Origin: an uncultured Oscillospiraceae bacterium
GTDB lineage: Bacteria; Bacillota; Clostridia; Oscillospirales; Oscillospiraceae
Direction: 5' to 3'
NCBI GenBank assembly: GCA_947624395.1
Contig: CANQKA010000001.1
Location: 16,446-80,445 of the forward strand
DNA: 64,000 nucleotides
Made by a program: the position numbers and the translations under genes. The notes under the pieces were generated by a model. It had not been told where the DNA came from. It saw only the letters and a list, made by a program, of their open reading frames with translations, and made no database searches. Shown here piece after piece: positions 25,720-34,597 of the stretch. Position 1 is the first letter of the stretch; every line of letters begins with the position of its first letter.

Positions 25720-25753
25720 GACACCTGGAAGGCACACGCAGCTTCCAGGTGTC
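25720..25753 (+). promoter_or_regulatory. Expression-platform hairpin of the FMN riboswitch
   Basis: Reads GACACCTGGAAG-gcacacgcag-CTTCCAGGTGTC, a 12-bp stem. It is followed by AAATTCTATATCGGAGG rather than a clean U-tract, so termination versus SD occlusion is undecided. Confidence 0.45.
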
Positions 25754-25779
25754 AAATTCTATATCGGAGGTACCCTTCC

Positions 25780-26466
25780 ATGGACAGCCATCCCACGACC
25801 AACGCAAGCCCCAGACCCGCCAACGCCCGCCGGCCTGCCGCCATCGGCATGCTGTGCGCCGTGGCCTATGTGGTCATGCTCATAGGCCAGCTCATCCCGC
25901 CTGTCATGTTCCTCAGCTACGACCCCAAGGACGTGGTAGTTGTCATCAGTGGCTTCATCTTCGGCCCGCTCACCGCCGTGCTCATCACCGTCATCGTGGA
26001 CCTGGTGGAGATGGTCACCGTGTCCTCCACGGGCGTGTACGGCTTCATCATGAACACCGTGCAGACCTGCTCTTTCGCGGTGCCTGCCGCGCTCATATAC
26101 CAGCGCTGGCGCACCTCCAAGGGCGCTGTCGGCGGCCTGGCCGCGGCCGTGGCCAGCATGACGGCGATGATGTGCCTGTGGAATTATATCATCACGCCCT
26201 TTTACATGGGCCAGCCAAGGGAGGCCGTGGCCGCCCTGCTGCCCACGCTGTTTCTTCCCTTCAACCTGGTCAAGGGCACCATCAACGCGGGGCTGACGCT
26301 GCTCCTCTATAAACCCATGGTCACCGCCCTGCGGCGGGCGAACCTGGTGGCGCCGTCCTCCGGCCACGGCGGCAAGGGCGGCTTGAACTGGGGTATGGTC
26401 CTGCTGGGCGCAGTGCTGACCCTCACCGGCGCGCTGTTCATCCTGGTCATGCTGGGCGTGCTGTAA
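25780..26466 (+). CDS. ribU: ECF-transporter S component, riboflavin type (RibU-like)
   Basis: The start is taken at ATG 25780 (MDSHPTT...), 9 nt after GGAGG; the track start 25717 lies inside the riboswitch platform. The protein is a multi-TM protein (IGMLCAVAYVVMLIG...FLPFNLVKGTINAGLTLLLYKP) behind an FMN riboswitch. Confidence 0.8.
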   Translation: MDSHPTTNASPRPANARRPAAIGMLCAVAYVVMLIGQLIPPVMFLSYDPKDVVVVISGFIFGPLTAVLITVIVDLVEMVTVSSTGVYGFIMNTVQTCSFAVPAALIYQRWRTSKGAVGGLAAAVASMTAMMCLWNYIITPFYMGQPREAVAALLPTLFLPFNLVKGTINAGLTLLLYKPMVTALRRANLVAPSSGHGGKGGLNWGMVLLGAVLTLTGALFILVMLGVL

Positions 26467-26484
26467 AAAAAGACGATAAGAACC

Positions 26485-26520
26485 GCGCCCGGAAACTTCC
26501 GTTCCCGGGCGCTATTTCTT
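26485..26520 (+). terminator. Possible terminator after ribU
   Basis: Reads GCGCCCGG-12 nt loop-CCGGGCGC followed by TATTTCTT. Confidence 0.4.
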
Positions 26521-26532
26521 GCCCAGAGCCGC

Positions 26533-27540
26533 TCACGCCGCGGCGCCCAGCATGGTGTTGATGAATATCCCATACCCCCGCGTCGGGTCGTTCACCAGCA
26601 CATGCGTCACCGCGCCGACGAGCTTGCCGTCCTGGATGATCGGGCTGCCGCTCATGCCCTGGACGATGCCGCCGGTGCGGGCCAGCAGCTCCGGGTCCGT
26701 CACGTGCACGGTCAAGTCCCGGCCGGTGCCGCTGGCCATACCCGTGCGGGCGATCTCCACGTCATATTCCTCGATCTGCCTGCCGGCCACGCATGCCAAT
26801 ATGGTGGCAGGGCCACGCTGCACGTCCGCCGGCGTGCCCACGGGCAGGGCCGGGCAGACCGTGTCCAGCCCGCCTTTGACCACGCCGAAGATGCCGCAGG
26901 GGGTGTTGCTGTTGATGCAGCCGATCACGTCACCCGCGTCAAAGCTGCCGGCCAGCTCACCCGGCGCGCCGGCCGCGCCGCGCTTCACGTCCACGATCTG
27001 CGCCTTGCAGACCTGGCCGCTGCCCACCGGCACCAGCACGCCCGTATCCGTGTCGTTCACCCCGTGGCCCAGCGCGCCGAAGGCCCCGGTGTCCGGGTCC
27101 AAATATGTGACGGTGCCGATACCGGCCACGCCGTCCCGGAGCCACAGGCCCAGCCGCCAGCCGCCGTTCACGTCCTGGGCCGGACACACGCGCACGCGCA
27201 TGTCCCGGCCGTCCCGCCGGACGGTCAGCTCCACGCTCTGGCCGCCGCAGCTCTCCAGCGCCTTTATGAGCCCCGCGGCGTCGTCCACGCTCTGGCCGTT
27301 CACGGCCGCGATCACGTCTCCTGCCTTGAGCCCCGCGCTCTCGGCGGGGTTTTTCTGGCCCTCGGCCGTCTCGACCGGCGTCACGCCCGCCACCAATACG
27401 CCTTGCATCTCAATTTGTATACCCACCGTCTCCCCCACGGGGATCAGTGTCCTGTCCGCGTAGGCCGTCACCGTACAGACGACCGTCATGAACCAGACTG
27501 CGGCTGCCACAGGCAGACGCAGTACCCATCGTTTTGCCAT
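26533..27540 (-). CDS. spoIVB: SpoIVB peptidase (S55 family, PDZ domain), sporulation signalling protease
   Basis: A 335-aa ORF with a signal/TM N-terminus, a PDZ domain (GLKAGDVIAAVNGQSV) and a catalytic region (GIGTVTYLDPDTGAFGALGH...GIVQGMSGSPIIQDGKLVGAVTHV). Confidence 0.85.
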   Translation of the reverse strand: MAKRWVLRLPVAAAVWFMTVVCTVTAYADRTLIPVGETVGIQIEMQGVLVAGVTPVETAEGQKNPAESAGLKAGDVIAAVNGQSVDDAAGLIKALESCGGQSVELTVRRDGRDMRVRVCPAQDVNGGWRLGLWLRDGVAGIGTVTYLDPDTGAFGALGHGVNDTDTGVLVPVGSGQVCKAQIVDVKRGAAGAPGELAGSFDAGDVIGCINSNTPCGIFGVVKGGLDTVCPALPVGTPADVQRGPATILACVAGRQIEEYDVEIARTGMASGTGRDLTVHVTDPELLARTGGIVQGMSGSPIIQDGKLVGAVTHVLVNDPTRGYGIFINTMLGAAA

Positions 27541-27741
27541 AATTACTCCTCCCGTCTTTCTGCCGGCCCATTCAGTATGCGAGAAAACGGGTCACGAAAC
27601 CGCGCTAAAATATCTCTTTGCTTCCACCGGCCCCGAAAGCGCCGTCACGCGGGCCCTGGCGGACAAAGACAGGTTTTGCCATATAATTTGTTTACATCAA
27701 TATCGTGTCCACGCGTCGGGAAAATAGCATGGAAAATTCTA

Positions 27742-27771
27742 TAAAAAAAGACCTCCGGATTTTCGGAGGTC
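27742..27771 (-). terminator. Intrinsic terminator of the TRAP transporter operon
   Basis: The minus strand reads GACCTCCG-aaaatc-CGGAGGTC followed by TTTTTTTAT. Confidence 0.75.
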
Positions 27772-27790
27772 ATTCGTTCGTTTGATTTTT

Positions 27791-29782
27791 TTACGCGGCC
27801 GCTTTCGTCTTCTTGCCCATAAAGGTCTGGAACAGGAAGATACCGGCCACCACGGCCAGACCCACGATGTCGCTGACGGTGCCGGGGTATATCAGGAACA
27901 ATCCCGCCGCCAGGGCGATGATCCGCAGGACCCAGGGGACCGTACCCTTCAAATACCCCTCCAGCCCCACGCCCAGGGCCACGATGCCCAGCACGGAGGT
28001 AATGACCACCTGCACCACCTCCAAAACGGTGGTGTCGATGAGCAGCATGGACGGGTTCAGCGCGAATATATAGGGCACCACGAAGGCGGCGATAGCCAGC
28101 TTTGTGGCGTTGAAGGCGGTCTTCATGGGCGGGGCTTTGGCGATGGCGGACCCGGCGTAGGCCGCCAGGGCCACCGGCGGGGTGATGTCCGCCACGATGC
28201 CGAAGTAGAACACGAAGAAGTGGGCCGCCATCTGGGGGATGCCCATTTGGATAAGTATCGGCGCGCAGGTGGAGGCCATGATGCAGTAGTTGGCCGTGGT
28301 GGGCACGCCCATACCCAGCACGATGCAGCACAGCATGGTCAGAAACAGCGCCACGATGAGATGTCCGCCGGACACGGACACGATGGCGGTTATCAGCTTG
28401 CTGGCCAGGCCCGTCAGGTTGATGCAGCCGGAGATGACCCCGGCCATGCCGCAGGCCGCCGCCACGGTGATGCAGCTTTTCGCGCCCGCCGCCAGCGCGT
28501 CCAGGAACGTGGCGGGGGTCATGCGGGTCTCCTTGTTGAACATGCTCACCGCCACGGCCACCACGATGGACAGCGCCGCGGCGAAGGCCATGGTCTTGCT
28601 CCCGCTGGACACCAGATACACCAGCACGACCAGGGGCAGCAGCAGGTATATCTTGCCGATAAGGTGACCGAATTTGGGCAGCTCATCCTTCGGGATGCCC
28701 TTGAGTCCCAGCCGCCGTGCCTCCAGATGTACGCAGATAAAGATGCCCAAAAAGTACAGCACCGCCGGCAAAATGGCCCGGACGATGATGTTGGAATAGG
28801 GCACGCCCACGTACTCCGCCATCAAAAACGCCGCCGCTCCCATGATGGGCGGCATGATCTGCCCGCCGGTGGATGCGGCCGCCTCCACAGCCCCGGCGAA
28901 CTCCGGCTTGTACCCGGTTTTTTTCATCATGGGGATGGTGACGGAGCCGGTGGTGACCGTGTTGCCCACGGAGGAGCCGGACACCATGCCGCACAGGGCG
29001 GAGGAGATGACCGCCACCTTGGCCGGTCCGCCGGAGGACGCGCCCGCCACGCAGTTGGCAAGATTGATAAAGAAGTCGGAGATACCCGTCCGCTCCAAAA
29101 ACGCGCCGAAGATGATGAACACCACGATGAACTTGGCGCACACCTGCACGGGGGTGGTCAGCACGCCGGTGGTCTGGTAGAAAAGCCCGATGGTGATCTG
29201 CCGGATCGCACGGCCCGGACCCAGGCCCCGGCCGAACCAGTAATAGTACAGCGCGTAGAGGAAAAACGCGCCCGCCACGCACAAAATGGGCAGCCCCACG
29301 CTCCGGCGGCACAGCTCCACCAGCGCCAGCACGCCGATGACGCCGATGACGATCTCATAGGTCTTGATGTTCATGGTGCCCAGCCGGATGGTCAGGCTCT
29401 GGGCGTTGACCACCACATAGAAAAACGCCGCCGCGCCTAAAATCATGATCACCCAATCGTACCAGGGCATGTGGTTGACCTTCTGGGTACCCTTTTTGAT
29501 GGGGAAGGTCAGATAGCCGATGACGATGATGCAGCCCAAAAAGGACGGATAGCGTATCAGGTCCAGCCAGGTGGCGAACAGCGTCACATAGATGGAGAAG
29601 CAGGAAAACGCGGCCAGTACGGCGCTCACGGCCCACTTCTGCCAGCCCTCCCAGACCCGGGTGTTGGACTCCCGGTCGTATTTTTTCATGACCTCGTCCA
29701 CCGCGGCCTGGTCGAACATATGTTCCTCGGCCCGGTGTTCGGCGATCTCGTGTTCCAGCTCCAGTTTCTTTTCCTTGTCCAT
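27791..29782 (-). CDS. TRAP transporter fused permease (TAXI-type, DctQM-like)
   Basis: A 663-aa polytopic membrane protein. Motifs such as GGPAKVAVISSALCGMVSGSSVGN and the large fused size are typical of TAXI-TRAP permeases. Confidence 0.9.
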   Translation of the reverse strand: MDKEKKLELEHEIAEHRAEEHMFDQAAVDEVMKKYDRESNTRVWEGWQKWAVSAVLAAFSCFSIYVTLFATWLDLIRYPSFLGCIIVIGYLTFPIKKGTQKVNHMPWYDWVIMILGAAAFFYVVVNAQSLTIRLGTMNIKTYEIVIGVIGVLALVELCRRSVGLPILCVAGAFFLYALYYYWFGRGLGPGRAIRQITIGLFYQTTGVLTTPVQVCAKFIVVFIIFGAFLERTGISDFFINLANCVAGASSGGPAKVAVISSALCGMVSGSSVGNTVTTGSVTIPMMKKTGYKPEFAGAVEAAASTGGQIMPPIMGAAAFLMAEYVGVPYSNIIVRAILPAVLYFLGIFICVHLEARRLGLKGIPKDELPKFGHLIGKIYLLLPLVVLVYLVSSGSKTMAFAAALSIVVAVAVSMFNKETRMTPATFLDALAAGAKSCITVAAACGMAGVISGCINLTGLASKLITAIVSVSGGHLIVALFLTMLCCIVLGMGVPTTANYCIMASTCAPILIQMGIPQMAAHFFVFYFGIVADITPPVALAAYAGSAIAKAPPMKTAFNATKLAIAAFVVPYIFALNPSMLLIDTTVLEVVQVVITSVLGIVALGVGLEGYLKGTVPWVLRIIALAAGLFLIYPGTVSDIVGLAVVAGIFLFQTFMGKKTKAAA

Positions 29783-29808
29783 AGGGTACCTCCGCTGATT
29801 TCAATCAA

Positions 29809-29837
29809 GGAGTGCCGCTCTTGGCAAGCGGCACTCC
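29809..29837 (-). other. Intercistronic stem-loop between the TRAP binding-protein and permease genes
   Basis: Reads GGAGTGCCGCT-cttggca-AGCGGCACTCC, an 11-bp perfect stem with no U-tract. It resembles the mRNA-stabilising hairpins often found after binding-protein genes. Confidence 0.5.
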
Positions 29838-29859
29838 CTGCGCTCGGTTGATTCAGATC

Positions 29860-30837
29860 TTACTCGGCCACATCGACCTCGATGCCATTCTCGGCGAAGA
29901 ACTTGGCCGCGCCGGGATGGAAGGGAACGGCGATGCCGTCGGTGGCAAAGGTCAGGTCGAGCTCAGCGCCCTTGGCGTGCAGCTCGGTGATGGCGTCCTT
30001 GTTGTCAGGATTGAAAATCGTGGACACGATGGTATAGGCGGTGTCCTCATCCAGGTCGGCCCTGCAGATCATGGTAGCCTTCACGGTGATGGTGGTGCAG
30101 TCCTCGTCAAAGCCCTTGTAGGTGCCGCCGGGGATGGTCAGGGAGGCATACCAGGGGCAGGTGTCCAGCAGCTTTTCCATGTGCTCGTCGTCGATGGAGA
30201 CCAGGTAAACATCGTTGCTGGAGGCCAGGTCGGTGATGGCGGGGGTGGGAGCGCCGGCGCACAGGAAGGCGGCGTCGATCTTGCCGTCCTTCAGGCTCTC
30301 GGTGGAGTCGCCGAAGGACTGGTAGATGGGGTTGATGTCGTCCATGGTCATGTCATAGGCGGCCAGGATGTCGCTGGTGTTGTAGACGGTGCCGGAGCCG
30401 GCGTCGCCCACGCACACGTCCTTGCCCTTCAGGTCGGCAATGGACTTGATGTCGGGGTCGCAGGTGACCAGCTGCACGGTCTCGGCGTACAGGGCGCCCA
30501 GGGTGACAAAGCTGGTGATGGCGCCGGTCTCTGCATAGGAGTTGGTGCCGTTGTAGGCATAGGTCATCACGTCGGACTGGACCGTGGCCAGATCGTACAG
30601 GCCCTGGTCGATGCCGGTGATGTCGGCGGCGGAACCGCCGGTGGCGTTGACGGTGATGTCCACGCCGGTCTCCTGCTTCAGGTAGGTAGCCAGCACGCCG
30701 CTGTAAGCGTAATAGGTGCCGGACTCGCCGCCGGTGCCCATGGCCAGGTTGCCGGAGGCGAACGCCGCGCTGCTCAGACTCAGGACCATGACCAGCGCCA
30801 GCGTCAGCGCAAAAGCCTTCTTGAGGGACTTCTTCAT
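29860..30837 (-). CDS. TAXI-family TRAP transporter solute-binding protein
   Basis: The start is taken at ATG 30837 (MKKSLKKAFALTLALVMVLSLSSAAFASG), preceded by GGAGG; the track start 30906 is an upstream extension. GGESGTYYAY...TGGSAADI...DVCVGDAGSGT fits the TAXI (TTT/immunogenic protein) family. Confidence 0.85.
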   Translation of the reverse strand: MKKSLKKAFALTLALVMVLSLSSAAFASGNLAMGTGGESGTYYAYSGVLATYLKQETGVDITVNATGGSAADITGIDQGLYDLATVQSDVMTYAYNGTNSYAETGAITSFVTLGALYAETVQLVTCDPDIKSIADLKGKDVCVGDAGSGTVYNTSDILAAYDMTMDDINPIYQSFGDSTESLKDGKIDAAFLCAGAPTPAITDLASSNDVYLVSIDDEHMEKLLDTCPWYASLTIPGGTYKGFDEDCTTITVKATMICRADLDEDTAYTIVSTIFNPDNKDAITELHAKGAELDLTFATDGIAVPFHPGAAKFFAENGIEVDVAE

Positions 30838-31060
30838 GATATGTATCCTCCTTGTGATGTTTCTCGCGTTTGCAGTTTTTATTTGTCGAATCTGCAATGT
30901 AAGCACATTATAAGCGGTTTTCCCCGAGATTTCAAGGGAAAAATGAAATTTAATGTTCCAAAACTTTCATTTTATCATTTTCGCCGATATTCTCCCCTCA
31001 TCTTCTTCCGTTTTGGTGGATTTGTACAACGGCTTGGCCGCATTGACTTTTGCAACGCAT

Positions 31061-31150
31061 GTTATATAACAGCGGCAAAGCCGCCGTTATACCTCAAAAT
31101 ACCGGTCGTGCTCCCGGCTTGCGCCGGAACCGCACGACATGGTATAATGG
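31061..31150. repeat. Repeat family B (diverged copy B3), ending in an extended -10 box
   Basis: Reads tataacagcggc-aaa-gccgccgttata hairpin, then gtcgtgc..ccggc-ttgc-gccgg..gcacgac hairpin, then TGgTATAAT (31140-31148), 31 nt before ATG 31180. The architecture matches B1/B2 with compensatory stem changes. Confidence 0.6.
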
Positions 31151-31179
31151 GGAAAAACGCACTTTGGGAGGACGATACC

Positions 31180-32199
31180 ATGACATATGACGAGATATTG
31201 AAAGCCGCCCGGGACCAGGTGGGGCCATACTGCAAGGCGTGCCCGGTGTGCAACGGCCTTGCCTGCGCCAACACCATACCCGGTCCGGGCTGCAAGGCCC
31301 CCAACAACACCGCCGCCCGCAACTACGCCAAGTGGCAGGAGGTCCTGGTGAACATGGACACCCTCTGCCCCAACGCGCCCATCGACACGTCCTTCAGGCT
31401 CTTTGGCCGGGATTTCAAGGCCCCGGTTTTCATCGCGCCCCTGGGCTCTTTAAAACTGCACTATGGGGACAAGTACGACGACTTTGCCTACAACAGCGTG
31501 CTGGTGCCCGCCTGCTATGAATACGGCGTGGCCGCCTTCACCGGCGACGGGGTTGACCCGGAGATCATGAAAAGCGCCGTGCAGGACATGGAAAAGGTGC
31601 AGGGCGTGGGTATCCCCACCATCAAGCCCTGGAACAAGGAGGCCGTGTTTGAAAAGCTGGACATTTTGAACGCCAAAGGCATTTTTGCCGCCGCCATGGA
31701 CGTGGACGGCGCGGGTCTGCCCTTCTTAAAGGCCATGAACCCCAACGCCGGCAGCAAGTCCGTCTCCGAACTCAGAGAGATCACCGCCTACGCCAAAATG
31801 CCCTTCATCGTCAAGGGCGTTATGACGGTCCGTGGCGCGGAAAAGGCTATCGAGGGCGGCGCGGCCGCCATCGTGGTGTCCAACCACGGCGGCCGGGTGC
31901 TGGGCGGCGTGCCCGCCACGGCGGAAGTCCTGCCCGCCATCGCCAAGGCTGTAAAGGGCCAGGTGCCCATTTTCGTGGACGGCGGCATCCGCTCCGGCAT
32001 GGACGTGTTCCGTGCCCTGGCCCTGGGGGCCGACGCGGTGCTGCTGGGCCGGCCGGTAGTCCCCTTCGTGTACGCCGCCGGCGCCGAGGGCCTGAAGGTC
32101 TACCTGGACAAAGTGATCGCGGAGCTCAAGGACACCATGACCATGTGCGGTACCCCCACCCTGGCCGACATCGGCCCGGACAACGTGGCGTCCTTCTAA
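31180..32199 (+). CDS. FMN-dependent alpha-hydroxy-acid dehydrogenase/oxidase family protein with an N-terminal CxxCxxCxxxxC motif
   Basis: The start is ATG 31180 after GGGAGGA; the 795-aa track ORF is an antisense-fused artefact. Motifs are GPYCKACPVCNGLAC, VKGVMT, VVSNHGGR and DGGIRSGMDVFRALALGA. Confidence 0.85.
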   Translation: MTYDEILKAARDQVGPYCKACPVCNGLACANTIPGPGCKAPNNTAARNYAKWQEVLVNMDTLCPNAPIDTSFRLFGRDFKAPVFIAPLGSLKLHYGDKYDDFAYNSVLVPACYEYGVAAFTGDGVDPEIMKSAVQDMEKVQGVGIPTIKPWNKEAVFEKLDILNAKGIFAAAMDVDGAGLPFLKAMNPNAGSKSVSELREITAYAKMPFIVKGVMTVRGAEKAIEGGAAAIVVSNHGGRVLGGVPATAEVLPAIAKAVKGQVPIFVDGGIRSGMDVFRALALGADAVLLGRPVVPFVYAAGAEGLKVYLDKVIAELKDTMTMCGTPTLADIGPDNVASF

Positions 32200-32220
32200 G
32201 CGTTAAAAACCACATAAAAA

Positions 32221-32249
32221 ACACCGTTCACGGCTTTCGTGAACGGTGT
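32221..32249. terminator. Stem-loop terminator (stronger on the minus strand)
   Basis: Reads ACACCGTTCACG-gcttt-CGTGAACGGTGT, a 12-bp stem. The plus strand is followed by CAGTTTG. On the minus strand the stem is followed by TTTTTTATGTGG. Confidence 0.7.
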
Positions 32250-32274
32250 CAGTTTGTCAAAGAAGGAGCTGTTT

Positions 32275-32478
32275 TCAGGGAGTGAGAACGGCTCGTTTTT
32301 GCATAAAGGCAGGGAATAGCCAAAAGATATGGGAAAAGCAGGGGGTTCCCCAACTCCATACCGCCAGCTTTTTCAAGTTCATTGCAGCAAACTTCAGCCT
32401 CACCCATGTCGTCACCCGGGCCAGACCTCGGTGCTGCGTGTACCGCATCGCGTGCTTCTCCTTCGCGTCCGCGAACAC
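32275..32478 (-). mobile_element. C-terminal fragment of an IS1182-type (DDE) transposase gene: an IS remnant
   Basis: The 67-aa ORF FADAKEKHAMRYTQHRGLARVTTWVRLKFAAMNLKKLAVWSW matches the characteristic C-terminal end of IS1182/IS5-like transposases (..RYRGL.KV......AAMNLKKLA.W) from memory. No upstream catalytic part is present. Confidence 0.6.
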
Positions 32479-32489
32479 GCGCTCTGGCG

Positions 32490-33905
32490 ATCAACCGCCT
32501 GCCGAAGAAAACCTTTTTGGCATTGTGGGGCATTACACTGACGCGGCTGTTGGTTCCCTATTCTGTGCCCTCAGCGTTCAGCGTGTACTCGCTGCCTGGC
32601 AAACTCCTTTCTCCGGCAAAGACAGAGCCATTCAGGGCCAGCGTTTCTGCGGTCCAACCGGCCAGTTTACTTGTACCCGGTACTGGCATAGTGCCTTTGG
32701 CTCCCACTGCCTCTGCTGCTTCTTTAGCCGTCCCGTCCTACAAATTGGTTTGGATGGCAGGGGCGTTGGTCTGTGCTGCGTTTTTTACAGCAGCTTATCT
32801 GAGATGCCGCCGGGAGTTCCGGGAGGCGCTGCCCGTGGATCGCGATTTCGCGCAGGACTGGCTCAAAGAGCACCGGCTTTACCGCTCAATTCAACTTCGA
32901 CAGTCGGACAGGATCTCCGCTCCGCTGACCTACGGTGTGTTTTGCCCGGTGATCCTCCTTCCAAAGCACATTAATTGGGATGACAAAACGACTCTGTCGT
33001 ATGTGTTAACGCATGAGTACATCCATATCCGCCGCTTTGACGCGGTCACAAAGATGGTGCTGGCTGCCGCATTCTGTATCCATTGGTTCGATCCGGCGGT
33101 GTGGGTCATGTACGTTCTTGCGAATCGGGATTTGGAATTGAGCTGCGATGAAGCGGTGATCCGCCTGTTCGGAGAACGTACAAAATCGGCCTATGCCATG
33201 ACGCTCATCCGCATGGAGGAAAAACGAAGCGGCCTCCAGCCCCTTTGCAACAATTTCAGCAAACACGCGATTGAAGAAAGGATTATTGCAATTATGAAAA
33301 TAAAAAAGACTTCATTGACTGCCGTTATTGCGGCTGTGGCTTTGGTTACAGGTGTCACCACGGCGTTTGCCACCTCCGGGCAGGCTGCGACGGAAAGCGA
33401 CATAGCTCAGAACGGCACCGCTAATGCCATTCAGACTACCATGAGCGACTACACGGTAATGTCCTACACTGACCCTGCGGACGGGAAAACCTATTACAGC
33501 ATGGATGATGGCAACACTTGGATACCCATGACCGACGAAGAATTCAGTGCCGCATCTGGCTGGGACAATGTGGAATGGTGGACAGCGGAGGAGTATTCTG
33601 CTTGGCTGGAACGGGAGAAGGTCGATCTCCAGTCTATCATCGGCTCCAAGGGCTGGACGCCTTCCACAGGCTGGTTTACCTGGACACAGGAAATGGTGGA
33701 TGAAACGATTGTCCAATATGAGCAGACCTTAAGGGACATTCAGGCCGGACAGAAGATTTCCAAACCCACATCTGACGGCGATACGATGATACTGTCCGAC
33801 TATGACTCTGACGCACAAACCTCTGTCACAGACACGCAGGCTGCAGTTGGCTGCAAGCAGCAACCTGCTCCCGAACTATTGGCAGAATATAAGACCTATG
33901 GCTGA
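32490..33905 (+). pseudogene. BlaR1/MecR1-family M56 peptidase sensor, 5'-truncated at the IS remnant
   Basis: The reading frame of track ORF 32382..33905 becomes BlaR1-like only from ...LPKKTFLALWGITLTRLLVPYS. It carries the zinc motif THEYIHIRRFD. The first TM helix and the start codon are missing, and the N-terminal 35 codons of the ORF are antisense to the transposase fragment. Confidence 0.55.
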
Positions 33906-33934
33906 ACTCTCGACCGGCGGGGGAGCGCCGCGTC

Positions 33935-34597
33935 CTATCTGTCCCCTGGGTCCAACGTCCCCGCGGCGGTGTAAATAAGGGCGTTGCATATGGCGGCCGC
34001 CACGGTGCTGCCCCCCTTGCGCCCTCGTGCCACGATGGCGGGCACGGCGTATTTTTCGCACGCCGCGAGAATTTTCTCCTTGCTCTCCACCACGTTCACG
34101 AACCCCACCGGTGCGCCGATCACCAGCGCCGGACGCAGCCCCCGGTCCAAAAGCTCGCACAGCGCCAGCAGCGCCGTAGGGGCGTTTCCCACGGCGTACA
34201 GGGCGGCGGGGTGTTCCCTCGCGGCCAGGTTCATGGACACCGCCGCCCTTGTGACGCCCTCGGCCCTGGCCCGCGCCGCCACCGCCTCGTCGGCCATATA
34301 GCAATATACGCCGCCGCCCAGCTTCCCGAGAGCTGCCTTACTCACCCCGGCCCGGGCCATATTGGTGTCGGTGACGATGTCCGCCCCGGCCTTTAACGCA
34401 GCCACGGCCTTTTGAACCGCCCCCGGCGTGAACACGAGATTTTCTGCAAAATCAAAGTCGGCCGTGGCGTGGATGGCCCGCAGAATGACCGCCTCGTTCT
34501 CCGGCGGTAATGCGACGCCCCGGCCCGCAAGCTCCGCCCGTATGATCTCCATGCTGGCCCGCTCGATGGCGGCCGGGTCCGTAAATTTTCCGCTCAA
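33935..34597 (-). CDS. cbiC: Cobalt-precorrin-8 methylmutase
   Basis: A 220-aa ORF. HATADFDF...GNAPTAL...GAPVGFV...KGGSTVAAAICNAL. The TTG start overlaps the cobO stop (TTGA). Confidence 0.9.
   Translation of the reverse strand: MSGKFTDPAAIERASMEIIRAELAGRGVALPPENEAVILRAIHATADFDFAENLVFTPGAVQKAVAALKAGADIVTDTNMARAGVSKAALGKLGGGVYCYMADEAVAARARAEGVTRAAVSMNLAAREHPAALYAVGNAPTALLALCELLDRGLRPALVIGAPVGFVNVVESKEKILAACEKYAVPAIVARGRKGGSTVAAAICNALIYTAAGTLDPGDR

Noticed and set aside
27541-27700. A sigma-F/G-type promoter upstream of spoIVB.
   Set aside because: Only a partial CATACTG-like -10 could be found, without a convincing -35 at the right spacing.
29812-31179. The 795-aa ORF that appears to fuse a long N-terminus to the FMN-dependent dehydrogenase.
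   Set aside because: The first 456 codons are antisense to the TAXI binding-protein gene and cross the intergenic repeat. The true start at 31180 has an RBS and a sensible N-terminus.
32382-32489. The Met-initiated start of the BlaR1-like ORF at 32382 considered as a genuine N-terminus.
   Set aside because: These codons are antisense to the transposase fragment, are Ser/Pro/Ala/Arg-rich and lack the first TM helix expected for M56 sensors. This is most likely a fortuitous open frame.
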